Of a stretch of 64,000 nucleotides of DNA, positions 1 to 12,684 are shown piece after piece (the first letter of the stretch is position 1; each line of letters starts with the position of its first letter). The notes under the pieces are model-generated. The model was not told where the DNA came from. It saw only the letters and a list, made by a program, of their open reading frames with translations, and made no database searches. The position numbers and the translations under genes were made by a program. This stretch comes from Octopus sinensis (taxonomy: Eukaryota): positions 4,216,001-4,280,000 of the forward strand of contig NC_043009.1 of assembly GCF_006345805.1 (NCBI RefSeq), in the 5' to 3' direction.

Positions 1-112
1 TGATTGGAAGAGTAGATTTGTCTGTTATTTCTAGCAGTGCAAGCAAGAATTTACAGGCATTGGTTATACTTTTCTTTATAGTTATATATATATATATATA
101 TATTATATATAT

Positions 113-143
<31 letters not shown>

Positions 144-782
144 ATATATATATTATATATATATGTATATGTGTGTGTGTGTGTGTTTTTATATGCTAAT
201 ATTAAACCTGAGGTTGTGTCTCGATTTAATTGATGTTGGGTGATATTTCAAAATTAACTAATTTAACCACTATTAACCCCGGAGCTAATAAAGTGCCAGA
301 AATTGTATACACTTTCACTGTTATACTGTCATTGTGACCAAAATTTTGGTTTCTGGCAATTTAAATAGTCTTGGACTCTGTCTACAAACTAACTTACCGC
401 TGTATAATAAGATTTACCAATCAGACAGGAGTAATACTTTCATACACAAACACACATATAGAGATATATGTAAAAATAGATACGCATATATATGCATATG
501 TGTGTATGTATGTATTTATAATTTCTGCCTAAAGTTACGCAGAGCTGTATGTAATTGGGGAGAAAGAAAGACTAATTTTATGTGAGGGAGCGTAAGTATA
601 TAACGGCACTATATTTACGCCTCTATTCCTGAGTGTTTGGTTGTCGTGTGTGTGTGTGTGTTTGTGTGCTTGTGTGTGTGGTGTGTGTGTGTGCGTGTGT
701 GTGCGTGTGTGTATGCACGCACACATCAGTTTATAGATGAGTGTACGGCACATATAGATGATCGTTTGTACGTCTGTGTGTG

Positions 783-816
<34 letters not shown>

Positions 817-1571
817 TACACATACAGAATGTTTGCGAATGTGCACGCGTGTGTGTGTGCGTATGCGTGTGTCTTGCAGCAATCAGCGGCAGCAGGTATA
901 TTCCCCTAAAATTTGGCCACCATATTTGGTTGTTATGTTCGTTGACCAGCAATCAGGCGTTCAAGTGGAACGAATGTGTTGCCAAAATGTTACAAGCGAC
1001 GAATGCTGGCCAACTTGGCTGACACGGTTGATTTGGCAGAGCGATCAAAAAGTAAACTATTAGTGTTTCAATCGCAATGTGTTGCACAGAGAATATCAGG
1101 ATGATGTTGATGATGATGGTTGTTGTTGCGGTGGCGGTTAAGTCGATGGTCGTGTTGTTTATGATGTCGGTAATGATACTGTTCATGAGGATGATGATGA
1201 TGATGACAGTAGTCTTCTTGTTAATAATGATTATGGTGATATATTTTATGATAATCATGCTGGAAGTGGTGATGATGTGTGTTACGATGAGGATATGTTG
1301 ACGATGAGGAAAAGGAGGATTGATGTAAAATTGGTCATTGATTACAAATGAAAGGATGAAATGTTGCAATAATTATTTTCCACACGCTTCATGTGGAGGT
1401 GAATAATCAGTTATACCGACTCCTGTATATCACTGGTTCTTGATTTATCTACACCGGATGGATTAAATGCTATATCGAGCTCGTTAGAACATAAGCATAC
1501 ATCGCAAGGAGTCTTGGAGACCGCATTAAAAACTCAGATCGCAAATTAGTCTTGCATGCCACATTAGCATC

Positions 1572-1765
1572 AAGAAGAGGATCATAATGTGGCTTACTCC
1601 ATCTTGAATGTTAATGCAAACATACCCGGAAACCTTCTAGCTCTAGTAAGGCAACACTTCCCTCCGACACAAGTGTAATAAGCTGTTCAACGCTCATAGC
1701 ATAAAGGTTAGCTATTACAGTCTGGACAAATTTGCTTTCCAAATCACACACTACAAACAAAAATG
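1572..1765 (+). pseudogene. Frameshifted relic of a Penelope-like retroelement ORF (region between RT and GIY-YIG endonuclease)
   Basis: Manual translation across two frameshifts gives KRIIMWLTPS / LNVNANIPGNLLALVRQHFPPT / HKCNKLFNAHSIKVSYYSLDKF. This resembles the PLE block RxIIWFNPP..NV.TNIG..FL.L+.KHFP..HKL.K+FN...+KVSYSC as I recall it; no search was run. Confidence 0.7.
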
Positions 1766-2356
1766 CAAACTTACACCGCTCCCAACTCTAAATGCATCTT
1801 ACTACTGTCTAATATAGAGTGATACTATTTCTCTATCTGTAAATTACAATAATTATATAAATTATTATTGGTTTTTAGTTTTTTTTACGGTATCTCAGTC
1901 AGCGAGACAGAGACACCACAGGAGAATCGCACAAACAATGGAGGAAAAGTAAAGCCAAAGTATAGGGAAGAGAAAGTCAGAGTGTGTGGAAAGGTAGATT
2001 ATAATTGTACAATTGTTAAAACACATGAGTAACTTTAACAAAATTTATTAAAGCATTGAGATAGTTCTAGAGTTGTAAGGTATTGAAACTTACTTGTATA
2101 TAAATGTATGTGTATATACACTAGGAGAAGGAGTGAAAGTGAGAAGGCTTTATAAGTCCAACAGACGGATAACCACCTAAGGCCAATTAAAGAACGTCGC
2201 AGGGTCCATAGTGAATAAATGGTAATAAACAGGAGGGAAAAACTGCTAAAAACAACAAAAAAATACATGACAACAAAATATACACGGAAACCATTTTTCT
2301 AGTAGTATTTTCTTTGTTCCAGCTTTCACTGAAATTACCATATCGTTAGACATGTA

Positions 2357-2387
<31 letters not shown>

Positions 2388-3253
2388 TGTCCGATGGATG
2401 GATAGATATGGAAGGATAGTTTTCGTCTCAAGTCTCAGTTGTCGGAGGTTCTCAATAAAATTGGCATGAAATGGGTGTCTTTATGTATCGCCGTCTCATT
2501 CGACTTGTTTATTGTTCTTGATTCTCCTGTTGAGTTGTCAAAGATATGTGTTTATTTTAGCATATTATTTATTTATTCATTCATTCATTTACTTGTAAAG
2601 AAAAGTAGTCAGTTAACAAGTACAAGTGAACTGTGTTGATCGAAGAAGTCGAGCCACATTTTCCCTCTTTGACTTCTCTTGTCAGTGGCATGAGACATTG
2701 GGCTTTAAAAAGGGGTTAACATAAAACGAACAGAATATCTATTAAAAGAACGATCTAGAAGTGTCTATATCTTGGTGTCTCGACTTAGCAAAGTCTTCGG
2801 TCACATAAGACATACCTGTTATTGTAGGTCAGAGGACGCTTTCTAAAAAGAGAAAGGAAATGAGACGCACGGATCATGGTATTGGTATTTTCAAGTACAT
2901 GACGAGCAAATCGGAGTTCACCTAGGCCTAAACTGCAACGGCTTCCAACAAACAAATGAGGTGTCGATACAAATGTGATTTACCTGATCTGTTAAATAAA
3001 ACCGTTAAATCTTCTTCAAATCACACAGTATTGTTTTAATAAAGACATTGCCAAATGTAACTCTGTAATATATAATATATTCACGCAGCTTAGTAGGCAA
3101 TAAGTTCAAATATAGAAATGTAAATATATGTAGCCATATCGCGGTTTATATTATTTAAGCCTACGTCGATTCTCCGTAGTGTTGTTTTGCATTTATAATA
3201 AAATAAATATATACAAATTATAAAAATAATTTTTAAAAACTATACGATACAGT

Positions 3254-3416
3254 GGCGTAGGAGTGGGTGTGTGGTGAGTAGCTTGCTTACCAATCACATG
3301 GTTCCGGGTTCAGTCCCACTGCGTGGCACCTTGGGCAAGTGTTTCGTACTATAGCCTCGGGCCGACCAAAGCTTTGTGAGTCGATTTCGTAGACGGAAAC
3401 TAAAAGAAGCCTGTCG

Positions 3417-3449
<33 letters not shown>

Positions 3450-3676
3450 ATGTGTTTATATATTTGTGCGTGTGTTTGCCCCCCCCCCCCAACATCGCTT
3501 GGCAACCGACGGTGGTGTGTTTACGTCTCCGTAACTTAGCAGTTGGGTAAAAGAGACCGATAGAATAAGTACTACGCTTCCAAAGAATAAGTCCTGGGGT
3601 TGATTTGCTCCACCAAAGGTGATGCTTCATCATGGCCACAGTCAAATTTCTGAAACAAGTAAAAGAGTAAAAGAGG
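3254..3676 (+). mobile_element. tRNA-derived SINE family A, full length
   Basis: tRNA-like head with A-box (tgtgtggtgag) and B-box (gggttcagtcc). CORE-like accttgggcaagt, internal (TA)n/(TG)n, and 3' tail gtaaaagagtaaaagag. Homologous copies at 12685, 14997, 29335, 38925 and 54157. Confidence 0.9.
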
Positions 3677-3898
3677 TATGTAGCCATATCGCGGTCCACA
3701 TATCGCGGTTTATTATTTAAGCCTACGTCGAATCCTCCGTGGTGGTGTTTTGCATTTATATTAAAATAAATATATACAAATTATAAAAAATAATTCTAAA
3801 AAAACTATACAATATAGTACTGTTTCGACTTCGCGGATTTTCACTTATCGCGGCGGGGTTTTGGAACATAGCACCCGCGATAGTCGAGGGATTGCTAT
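3677..3898. mobile_element. pogo/Tigger-like MITE fragment (one end only)
   Basis: Ends in cccgcgatagtcgagggattgctata, which resembles pogo/Tigger TIRs plus a TA target. Repeated tcgcgg motifs. Its left ~130 bp is duplicated at 3127-3253. No partner TIR found. Confidence 0.5.
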
Positions 3899-4897
3899 AT
3901 ATAAGTGTGCGTGCGTGTGTGTGTGTGTGAGAGAGAGAGAGAGATTTATATACACATTAGCACATTGACATTCATAATGAAGCACATGTATATCTGTACA
4001 TACTCACAATCTAATGAACATATGCAATGCATGGCTACAGAGACTTGCATTCTGTCTCATACACATACAAACTGTGTGGTCTATAAAATGCAATATATGA
4101 ATAGGTAAATAATCCCCCATTACTATTTTCAATAGATTGCGCCCTTATAAGCCCCAGAACTTGGTGCATGCATATATACGCGCAGGCCAACTGACATTCA
4201 CACATCACGTATACTCACACGAAACAGACGCAACAAAGAAACTGACATGCAAATAATATCAATGCGGACGTGACTTTCTGAAAGTCTATATGCACTCGGT
4301 TATAAAAATATATGTGCAAAGTGAGGAAATATCACCGGGGTTGTGTGTGTGTGTGTGTGTGTGTGTGTTGTGCATATACATGCAAATAAATACCCACAAA
4401 TATGACATTTGTTATGTATATATATATACACCCTGCATGTGTATATACGTTTGTATACATGTGTGTGTATTGTGTTCGTTCATTCGTTTTTATTTATTAA
4501 CAAATAAGTGTGTGAATCTGTTTGTATGCGCTTCTGTGTATATAAATACATATGCATCCGTTCATAGAACCTTATATACACACACATATAAATACCGAAA
4601 CATTCATTCATTCATATATATATATATATATATATTAATATATATATATATACATATGTATGTATGTATGTATGTATGATGTATGTATGTATGTATACAC
4701 ACCTGTATACAATCATGATCATGCATGCAGACGTACATAATTGCATACATGCATGCGTACACACATACCGCCTATCAACCTAACATACCATAACGTAGGG
4801 AAACCTCTTTTGCGAAGCCATCTATTGCAACTTGTTTGTTCCACCCATAAATTCTGGTGACTCAGCAACGTTGAAAGCAATTTGATGTGAGATCAAC

Positions 4898-4941
<44 letters not shown>

Positions 4942-5014
4942 GCACATTTCTTCTCCTCTACTTGACATTGGCTTTCAATCATGTTTATTTTTTATGTTTT
5001 TACTATAGTTGCTG

Positions 5015-5300
5015 CCGTTGTTTAGCACCAGGTCATCCCTGATTGAGCAAGCCCTATGATCTAATGCTCTGTAGTAATAACCATACACCTTTTACTTTTT
5101 CTAGTTTTTCCTTTGTATTTTTGTGGATCTTTTTTGTGATATATCTGTATATCTCTAAGCTTACCTTGTGCAATTTATCTTTGCCTTCAGAAATACTGTA
5201 TCTAGAACAGCATTAATCAATGCGTCTGCAGTTTTAGAATATAAAAGAAAAAACACACGTAAATTCGAGGAAGATTTTTATCCCTGTTCCTAGCACTTTG
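5015..5300 (+). repeat. Old degenerate interspersed repeat family F (unclassified)
   Basis: Two blocks, gtttagcaccaggtcatccctgattgagc and aattcgaggaagatttt...tagc. Both recur in diverged form near 1-50, 6290-6770, 7195, 18860-19040, 20645, 47115-47285, 47580 and 51210-51385, and as reverse complement near 2870-3030, 21470-21520, 34985-35172 and 58785-58945. Confidence 0.6.
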
Positions 5301-5713
5301 GGAAAACACGTATAGCATCCCTGTTTGGTTTACCTGAGTCATATTTACATCAATACCGACATATAGTTACAATCACATCGCAAACATGGCGTTTAATGGT
5401 GTTTTCAACTTGACCAATTCTTCTTTTCTGGCATTCACTTACCAGTATAGTCATATATTTTTAAGTCGGTAGGGTGACTGTTGCATTTTATTTTTCTGCT
5501 ATTTCTTACTCCAGCGTCCTCGAAAAAAATCTCTCTTTGGTTCATCAGGATCTCAATGACAATAATAATGATAAAATGCAGTAGAATGGAAAACACTTCT
5601 TGATATATTAAAGAAAGTAGCTTAATGCAACCCACGAGCATTATTTTCCTCGTTCTTTTCTTTCCTTTCTCATCTGTTTTCTTTTCTTCATTATCACTTC
5701 TTTAACTTTCCTC

Positions 5714-5766
5714 TAGAATCTGATGAAAGATTATGTCCGAAACGTTGCACTACGTCTTTTATTCTA
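5714..5766 (+). ncRNA. Type-I hammerhead ribozyme-like motif (degenerate)
   Basis: tagaat-CTGATGA-aagattatgtcc-GAAAC-gttgcactac-GTC-tttt-attcta. Intact core, stem III acgt/acgt, GUC triplet. Stem II has a mismatch and stem I (tagaat/attcta) is offset by 4 T. Confidence 0.55.
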
Positions 5767-5960
5767 TAACAGTTTTACTTCATTTAGCGTCAATCTAATA
5801 ATATTAACTCTGAATTACCCTTGGATTTTAATGTAATAAATTGTTATATATTTCGGTTCACCAACGGAATCAACGATGGAAAATATTTCAGTACTGATTG
5901 TACCATCTTTCACTCAGTCATCGTGTATCTATTCACCACTATTAATACATATGCCCTATA

Positions 5961-6267
5961 ACGTCGCCCTTTTCAAGCCTAGCTAGGCTCATGGGCCCAC
6001 TTTCCCGGTTTCTGTGGCGTATGTATTCCCCCCAGCTAGACGGGATGCCAGTCCATCGCACCGTTACTCAAGAAACAGGAAGAGAGAGTGAGTGAAAGTT
6101 GTGGCGAAAGAGTACAATAGGGGTCGCCACTACCCTCTGGCGGAGCCTCGTTGAGCTTTTAGGTGTTTTTGCTCCATAAACACACGCAACGCCCGGTCTG
6201 GGAATCGAAACTGCGATCCTCCGACCGCGAGTCCGCTGCCCTAACAACTGGGCCATTGCACCTCCAC
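5961..6267 (-). mobile_element. tRNA-derived SINE family C, full length with TSD
   Basis: Reverse complement begins gtggaggtgcaatggcccagttgttagggcagcggactcgcggtcggaggatcgcagtttcgattccc (A/B boxes). Near-identical flanks tatgccctata (5950-5960) and tataccctata (6270-6280). Homologous to 46784-47094. Confidence 0.9.
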
Positions 6268-7517
6268 TGTATACCCTATATGTTTTAGATAATAGCGTGT
6301 AAATTCAAAGGCGATTAATTGTTACATCTAATATCCTGATTTATTACGCAGACGATTTCATTGACTCATAATATTGGGTAGTAGAACACTTGTTACTGTT
6401 GTTTACGTCATGCATTTACTGATCGAGTTGCTCTGTAACGAAAGATGTTAGGGTCGTATTTTCCAGTATTTCTTTTTTAGAAACTGTGTATTGAGGACTA
6501 TATTTGAAGGAGATTTGAGTGCTAGTTTTAGTATGTCAAGCTATCATACCAACATTACCCCATTGGCTCACAGTATTATGTAGTAATATAATGTTGATAT
6601 TGTTTCGGCCAATATATTTCCTAATTGATTAAACTTAAGTAGAAAGGCACTCCAGTCGTGACGCAACATTCAGATTTATATTGCTTCTTCAGTGTACATC
6701 GAGAACAAAATTTGAGGGCGATTTCATTCCTATTTCTTGTACCACGATCTATCAAGCAGTTGTTCTTTCTTTACATCTCAAAATCGTGCAAATATGCTAT
6801 TGTGATATTCAAACCATAGAAAATTTATAGTTGTGATACTAGGTTATAGATATGTCATACTGATCTTTGGTTTTCAGAATCTCTGTAAGAGCACATTATC
6901 CATCTATATATGTAAAATATAAAAATAAAACATAGACAAAAATAGAAATATCTTGAGGTCATCGTTTCGGTGAGTAAAATCTCACATTTTGGATAAAGTT
7001 GGTCAATGTGAATTCAAACGAGTCCAAATGATATATAGTTAAAACATACGTCTGTGGCTATTTTCAGATTAGCACTAAAAGAAAAGAAATATGATCAATG
7101 GAGTTCCAATTATGAATATACCATCTCGATATCTCATGATGTATCTTGGAATACTCAAAGCGTTTTCTTTTCTCATATTAAAGACACTACTATGCAATTT
7201 AAGGAAGATTTGGCTGTTAAGTGTAGAAGATGGAAGTCGCATGTGCGTAGGATCTGAATAGTTAGAATAATGTATGGCATGAAAACAAAAAATTGACGAC
7301 GACGAATAAATGGAATTGTCAGAGCGCCGTATATAGAATACATTGCGGTGTTTTTCTAGTTCTATGCATTGTGAGTTTCAAATCATCCAGAGTTCAATAT
7401 TGACTTTCGTCTCGCCGGACTTGATAAATAAAATATCAGCAGAAGACTGGTGTAGATTATTCTTTCTTCTTTGTCTCTTTCTCACTACATGTCAATTTAG
7501 CTTACTATATATCTCCT

Positions 7518-7567
<50 letters not shown>

Positions 7568-8047
7568 TACACACATACGCGGGCGCGCACACACACACTC
7601 GACATAGGCATATATGTATTATTTATGCATCTCTGAATGTGTATGCATATTCTTCTATCCCCTATAAAATTATCTAACAAAACACACATAAACCCTTTTA
7701 CGTGCATACATATATATATATATATATATATACATACATATATATATAAATATATATATATATATGCATCTATCTATCTATCTACCTATCCACAAAAATA
7801 CTTATGCGCATACATACAGACGCATTCCTCGCGCACAGATGTCATGGAGATGAAACATTAGTAGACTAAAAACGTTTACAATCCAACTTGTCTGTGATCC
7901 TGACAGGCTGCTGTAGTGTTGTTCCTTAATCAGGAATCCGTTTCAAGAAACAAGCAGATGGTTTTGGTATAAGTTTCCGCTTTCAAATTCAACTGTCTGA
8001 AAGTATTAAATGTCGCTTTCGTTTATAGTGTACTCACACAAATTATG

Positions 8048-8094
<47 letters not shown>

Positions 8095-8095
<1 letters not shown>

Positions 8096-8311
8096 TGAGA
8101 GGTGCTGAAAGGTTTCTGGCATTAGGTAAAATAAAGTACAAGAGGCTCTGTTAATTATAATTTTATTCACCATATTCCCCTCACAGATTCGCACACTTAC
8201 TGCAGTGGTCCTTCATTTCCTAAGCCCTGTAAAAGAACTCGGAAGGCTGGGCTCCTAACCAGGCCTTTCACAATAACCTTAAAGCCAGGAACTTTTCAGC
8301 AGCCCCTTGTA
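8095..8311 (-). mobile_element. Mariner-derived non-autonomous element (internal deletion derivative)
   Basis: Imperfect TIRs gaggtgctgaaaggtttctggc and gccaggaacttttcagcagccccttg, followed by TA. The minus strand encodes KDHCSKCANL*GEYGE*, resembling the mariner transposase C-terminus (RW.KC+...G.Y+E*). Confidence 0.8.
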
Positions 8312-8469
8312 TATGTTTGTGTGTGTGTGGAGGGATAAAAAACCTGACTCCGCTACAGAAGTTAAAGGTTTATGTATATAGGGCATCCATTTCATTCGGG
8401 GACAAAGAAAAGACAATTCAACAGAAATTAATGACCTAAAAGCCAAGAAGCTATTTTAAATTTATATTA

Positions 8470-8861
8470 AACTAGAAAAGCACTCGGAGAGCGCAGACCT
8501 CCGCCAAGCTCATCTTAAGATAGATACGCAAGTGAAATCACTAATAGAGATACGGAAATAAACTTTGGAAACAGCAACACCACCATAGGTTACGTGGAAA
8601 CAATGAACATGTTTTCAAGGGAGATAATTAAAGAACGTAACACTAATACTTCATGTAAAGTAAATATAACAAATGAAAATTCCTTCAAGAATCCATAAAA
8701 ATTCCCGGATCACTACCAAAATTTCATCATGTATTCCTTGTATCATTACCAATTTTTTGTCAAGTTTCATCAAATACCGTTCACAACTTTTGAGTTATTT
8801 TGCACACAGACGGACAGACGGACGATGAAAATATAACCTCCGTCCTTGGCGGAGGTAATAA
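8470..8861 (-). mobile_element. Helentron-associated non-autonomous element (HINE/DINE-1-like)
   Basis: 12-bp subterminal inverted repeats acctccgccaag (8497-8508) and cttggcggaggt (8845-8856). Short hairpin at the 5' sub-TIR, a (GTCC/GTCT)n tract near the 5' end, 3' stem-loop GCGCTC-TCC-GAGTGC, then TTTTCTAGTT. Confidence 0.8.
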
Positions 8862-8883
8862 TGTCATCTATATCTCTAAACAT

Positions 8884-8920
8884 CTGATGCAGTGGGCAAG
8901 TGCTTTGCCCACGAAACTTT
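8884..8920 (+). ncRNA. Hammerhead-like relic
   Basis: CTGATGca-gtgggcaa-gtgct-ttgcccac-GAAAC: perfect 8-bp stem II between core-like motifs. Stems I and III are not recoverable. Confidence 0.35.
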
Positions 8921-9469
8921 CAACAATATGCAATATATTCAAACTGTAATCAAATACTCGTCACTCCAACTAAACATGTTGAGTACTACATTTTTCGTAG
9001 CTTGACTTCACGCGTATGTTTATAGTGCGCATGCTCATGTATGAGGTTATTGCGTCTGTGTTTATGCGTATGTGAGGAAAGTAAAGTACAGAAGACAATG
9101 AACCCGTATCACCTTACCAACATCACACTAATCTATACAATTCGCCTGTAAATCAGAGATGTATTATTAATAGCATATATTTAACGGATGTAATTGTTCC
9201 ATTGTACATGGGACAAACAATGTTTCGAGCACTTAGCTACATATACGGAACATATCACTATAGACATATATGCACACACATATAGATATATATTCATATA
9301 AATACACAGGCATTTAAGTACACAAGCAACATATTCACATATACATATGTAATAACGTAAAGAAGACGCATATATAATTTATTGAGGACATTTGGACATA
9401 GATATGTAAGAAAGGTCGCAAGCGTGCGTTCGTGTTTATGCGTGCAGATGCTTGAATAGGTGTGTCTGA

Positions 9470-9511
<42 letters not shown>

Positions 9512-9548
9512 CTCTGACGCCACCTCTCTGTCTCTCTTTCTCTTAGCA

Positions 9549-9552
<4 letters not shown>

Positions 9553-9623
<71 letters not shown>

Positions 9624-9624
9624 A

Positions 9625-9710
<86 letters not shown>
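9553..9710. repeat. Compound microsatellite (TATC)n-(TC)n-(TA)n
   Basis: Directly visible. Confidence 0.95.
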
Positions 9711-9711
<1 letters not shown>

Positions 9712-10428
9712 CGTGAGGGAGAAATTTTCCTACTGAATGATGGAAAAACAAAATGCTCAATACATGTTATGAATTATGTAGAATGTGTGTGTGAGTGTAT
9801 AAAAGTATATATGTGTGTGAGAGAGAAATAGGTCAAACGTAAGCACAGGTAATCCATATATTCACTAACTTTTATTTCGTCACTTAAGCCTGATTATTCA
9901 AGCCATGTTTACTCAAGACTTTTTTCTAAGCATCGACGCTCCATCTAAACAGCAGTAACAACTTCTAAGTTTTACTTACAAGAGAAATATTGCATTATGA
10001 CAAAATGTTTCTACATATGTTAAATAAATAATCCGAGGTAATATCTCCGTGCAGGCAGTGGAGCAATTCCTTTAAAATTATTTTTAACATAAATAATCAT
10101 CTAAAGAAATTCAATACCATAACACATTGTAAATACCTCTATACAACACAACATTTATAGAAGAACTGCGCCAGCCCTTTCTTAATAGTATGTCTCATCT
10201 TCTTGTACAAGAAGCATACAGCACAGATGGATAATTCCTACAAAAATCCTCCTGCTGTGTGTTTTTACTACGCGAGTCTACAGCTAAGATTCTTCATTCA
10301 TATTTTCGTCAGTTCAAGAATTTCCTGAAGGAAGGACGACTATTTATTAACGGAGCGAATCATCAACTTCAAACACACACACACAAATATGTGTGTGTGT
10401 GTGTGTCTATGTATATATATATATATAT

Positions 10429-10476
<48 letters not shown>

Positions 10477-10759
10477 GTGTGTGTGTATAAGACAGACTCT
10501 GTGGTTAAAAAATAAACATCAGAACTGGGCAAACAACTTTCTATCATCCCCATATATTCCGTTGGCCATATCCGAAGGTATTAGGATATATATACACATA
10601 TAAACAAATACACACACACCCTTTTTTTCACACAAAACACACATATATATATATAAGACCTTGTACATTCTTTTCAATACGCATATGTATAATTTTTGCG
10701 CCGTTTGAACTCAGTTGACGACTACTTCATTCTGCTTTTGAAAAATTTGCTAGAATTGT

Positions 10760-10990
10760 TAGATAACTTAACGTTATTAAGCGGTAATTTCTCCACTCTG
10801 TACCTGCTGAGTTCATATCCCGCCAAGGTCAGTTCTGTCTTTCATTCCTCTAGGCTACATTACCTGTCATTGCTTTTGACAAGGGTTGTTGGTTTCGACA
10901 AGCTTCGTTGGTTTCAACTAATCCTCGCCTTCAGAGATGGCTGGACTTGTGTCTATATAATAAGAATAGAAAATTCTATTAGTATAACCA
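10760..10990 (+). mobile_element. SINE family B, diverged copy
   Basis: ctgagttcatatcccgccaaggtcagttctgtctttcattcct matches the family-B B-box and central domain; ends in a (TAG)n-like tail. Confidence 0.65.
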
Positions 10991-11396
10991 GTAGTAGTAG
11001 TGGCAGCAGCAACAGTTGTAGAGGAAGCAGCAGCAACGCTTATTTACGTTTCTGTTCGTAATGTGTTTAACGATATTGGTGCGTCTGTCGTGAGGGATGA
11101 TAATGTAATTTTAGTTGATGTTTTTTTCTCTTTTTTTTTGTTTTTTTTTGTAACAGTTGTAGAGAGAAGTGCGAAGGCTTGTCAAATCTGATTGATCTGT
11201 GCATGTCACGAGGGTACAAAATGAAAGTAAAAAAAAAGAGATGTCTTCGCACACATTGATAAAAACAAACAAACAGAAAACAACCCTAAAATTCAAAATG
11301 GCGTTGACCCACATAACACAACATACCGGTCAGTGACACATTTAACGTGTGTACATGTGTGTGCTCGTATACAGTTTGTGTGCGCCTGTGTATATA

Positions 11397-11449
<53 letters not shown>

Positions 11450-11453
11450 TGGT

Positions 11454-11491
<38 letters not shown>

Positions 11492-12125
11492 ATAGATAGA
11501 TAGATAGATAGATACGTGAGTGTACGTGTAGGTATGTGTGCATACAGGGCTTTGCTTGTGTGGCGGTGCAAACATAATGCGGCCTATGAGTGAATAGGTT
11601 ATGTGGACGTTTAGTGAATATATGTATATTTTATGAGTTACCATATACGTGTGTGCCTAAACGTGTGTCGTTGGGTCCATGGCATTATACGTACGCAATC
11701 GGATGTCTGGCGTGTGTGTGTTCATTAGTGCATCTCCGTGTGTAAGCCTGCATGTGGTTGCTCGACAATTTGGGGCTTTATTTGTTGGTATGCATGCCAT
11801 TACAAGAGCGATATCGCGCATGTTCGGCATGTGTTTTCTTTTATTAAATTATATACAGATGCTTGTGTGCGTATATAACTTCATATATGAGTATGAGTCT
11901 TACAAATTTTAAAGGTGCCTATGCGCGTGGGTTGTGTATGTTTGCGTGTATAACTGTATCTGTCTATACATTAGTGTATTTGACTGCATTTTGTACTCTT
12001 ATCGTGTTGTTGTATTTGTATGAGATTCATTTGTGTTACACATGCGTATGCATGTATTTCAAAACTACGTTGAAACATTCATTTATGAGCGAATTTTCAC
12101 AATGCTCTGGCTACGAAAATCTCAT

Positions 12126-12157
<32 letters not shown>

Positions 12158-12160
<3 letters not shown>

Positions 12161-12354
12161 ACCTCGTGAAGACTACCTGCAATTTTTTTCCTCTGCCCTC
12201 CCGTCTCGGGATCTTCTTTCTCCTATGTTCCGACGAAGAGCTCCGCTCGAAACGTCATACCCTCCTTCTTCCATTTTCCTGAGCGCCTAATAATAATAAT
12301 ACTGTAATTGTCCACGTGTTGTTGTTTTTTCTGTTTTCCCGTTTGGATTAACCT
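12158..12354 (+). mobile_element. (TA)n-flanked PLE pseudo-LTR-like element with hammerhead-like motif
   Basis: About 200 bp of non-microsatellite sequence between (TA)n tracts. Contains CCGACGA-a-gagc-tcc-gctc-GAAAC-GTC (12230-12256). Shares ttccYgagcg...taata with 59267-59452. Confidence 0.55.
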
Positions 12355-12407
<53 letters not shown>

Positions 12408-12583
12408 GTATATATATATGTATATATATAGTATATATATATATATATATGTGTATATATATATGTATATATATATATGTATATATATATGTGTATATAT
12501 ATATATGAATATATATGTATATATATGTGTATAATATATGTATAGATATATATGTATATATATTATATATATATATGTATATA

Positions 12584-12628
<45 letters not shown>

Positions 12629-12684
12629 GTATATATTATATATATATATATATGTATATATATATGTATATATATATATATATA
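12355..12684. repeat. Long degenerate (TA)n/(TATG)n tract
   Basis: Directly visible. Confidence 0.95.

Noticed and set aside
6955-6995. Minus-strand gtgag/ctcac stem followed by cgaaacg as a hammerhead
   Set aside because: The CUGANGA core is absent.
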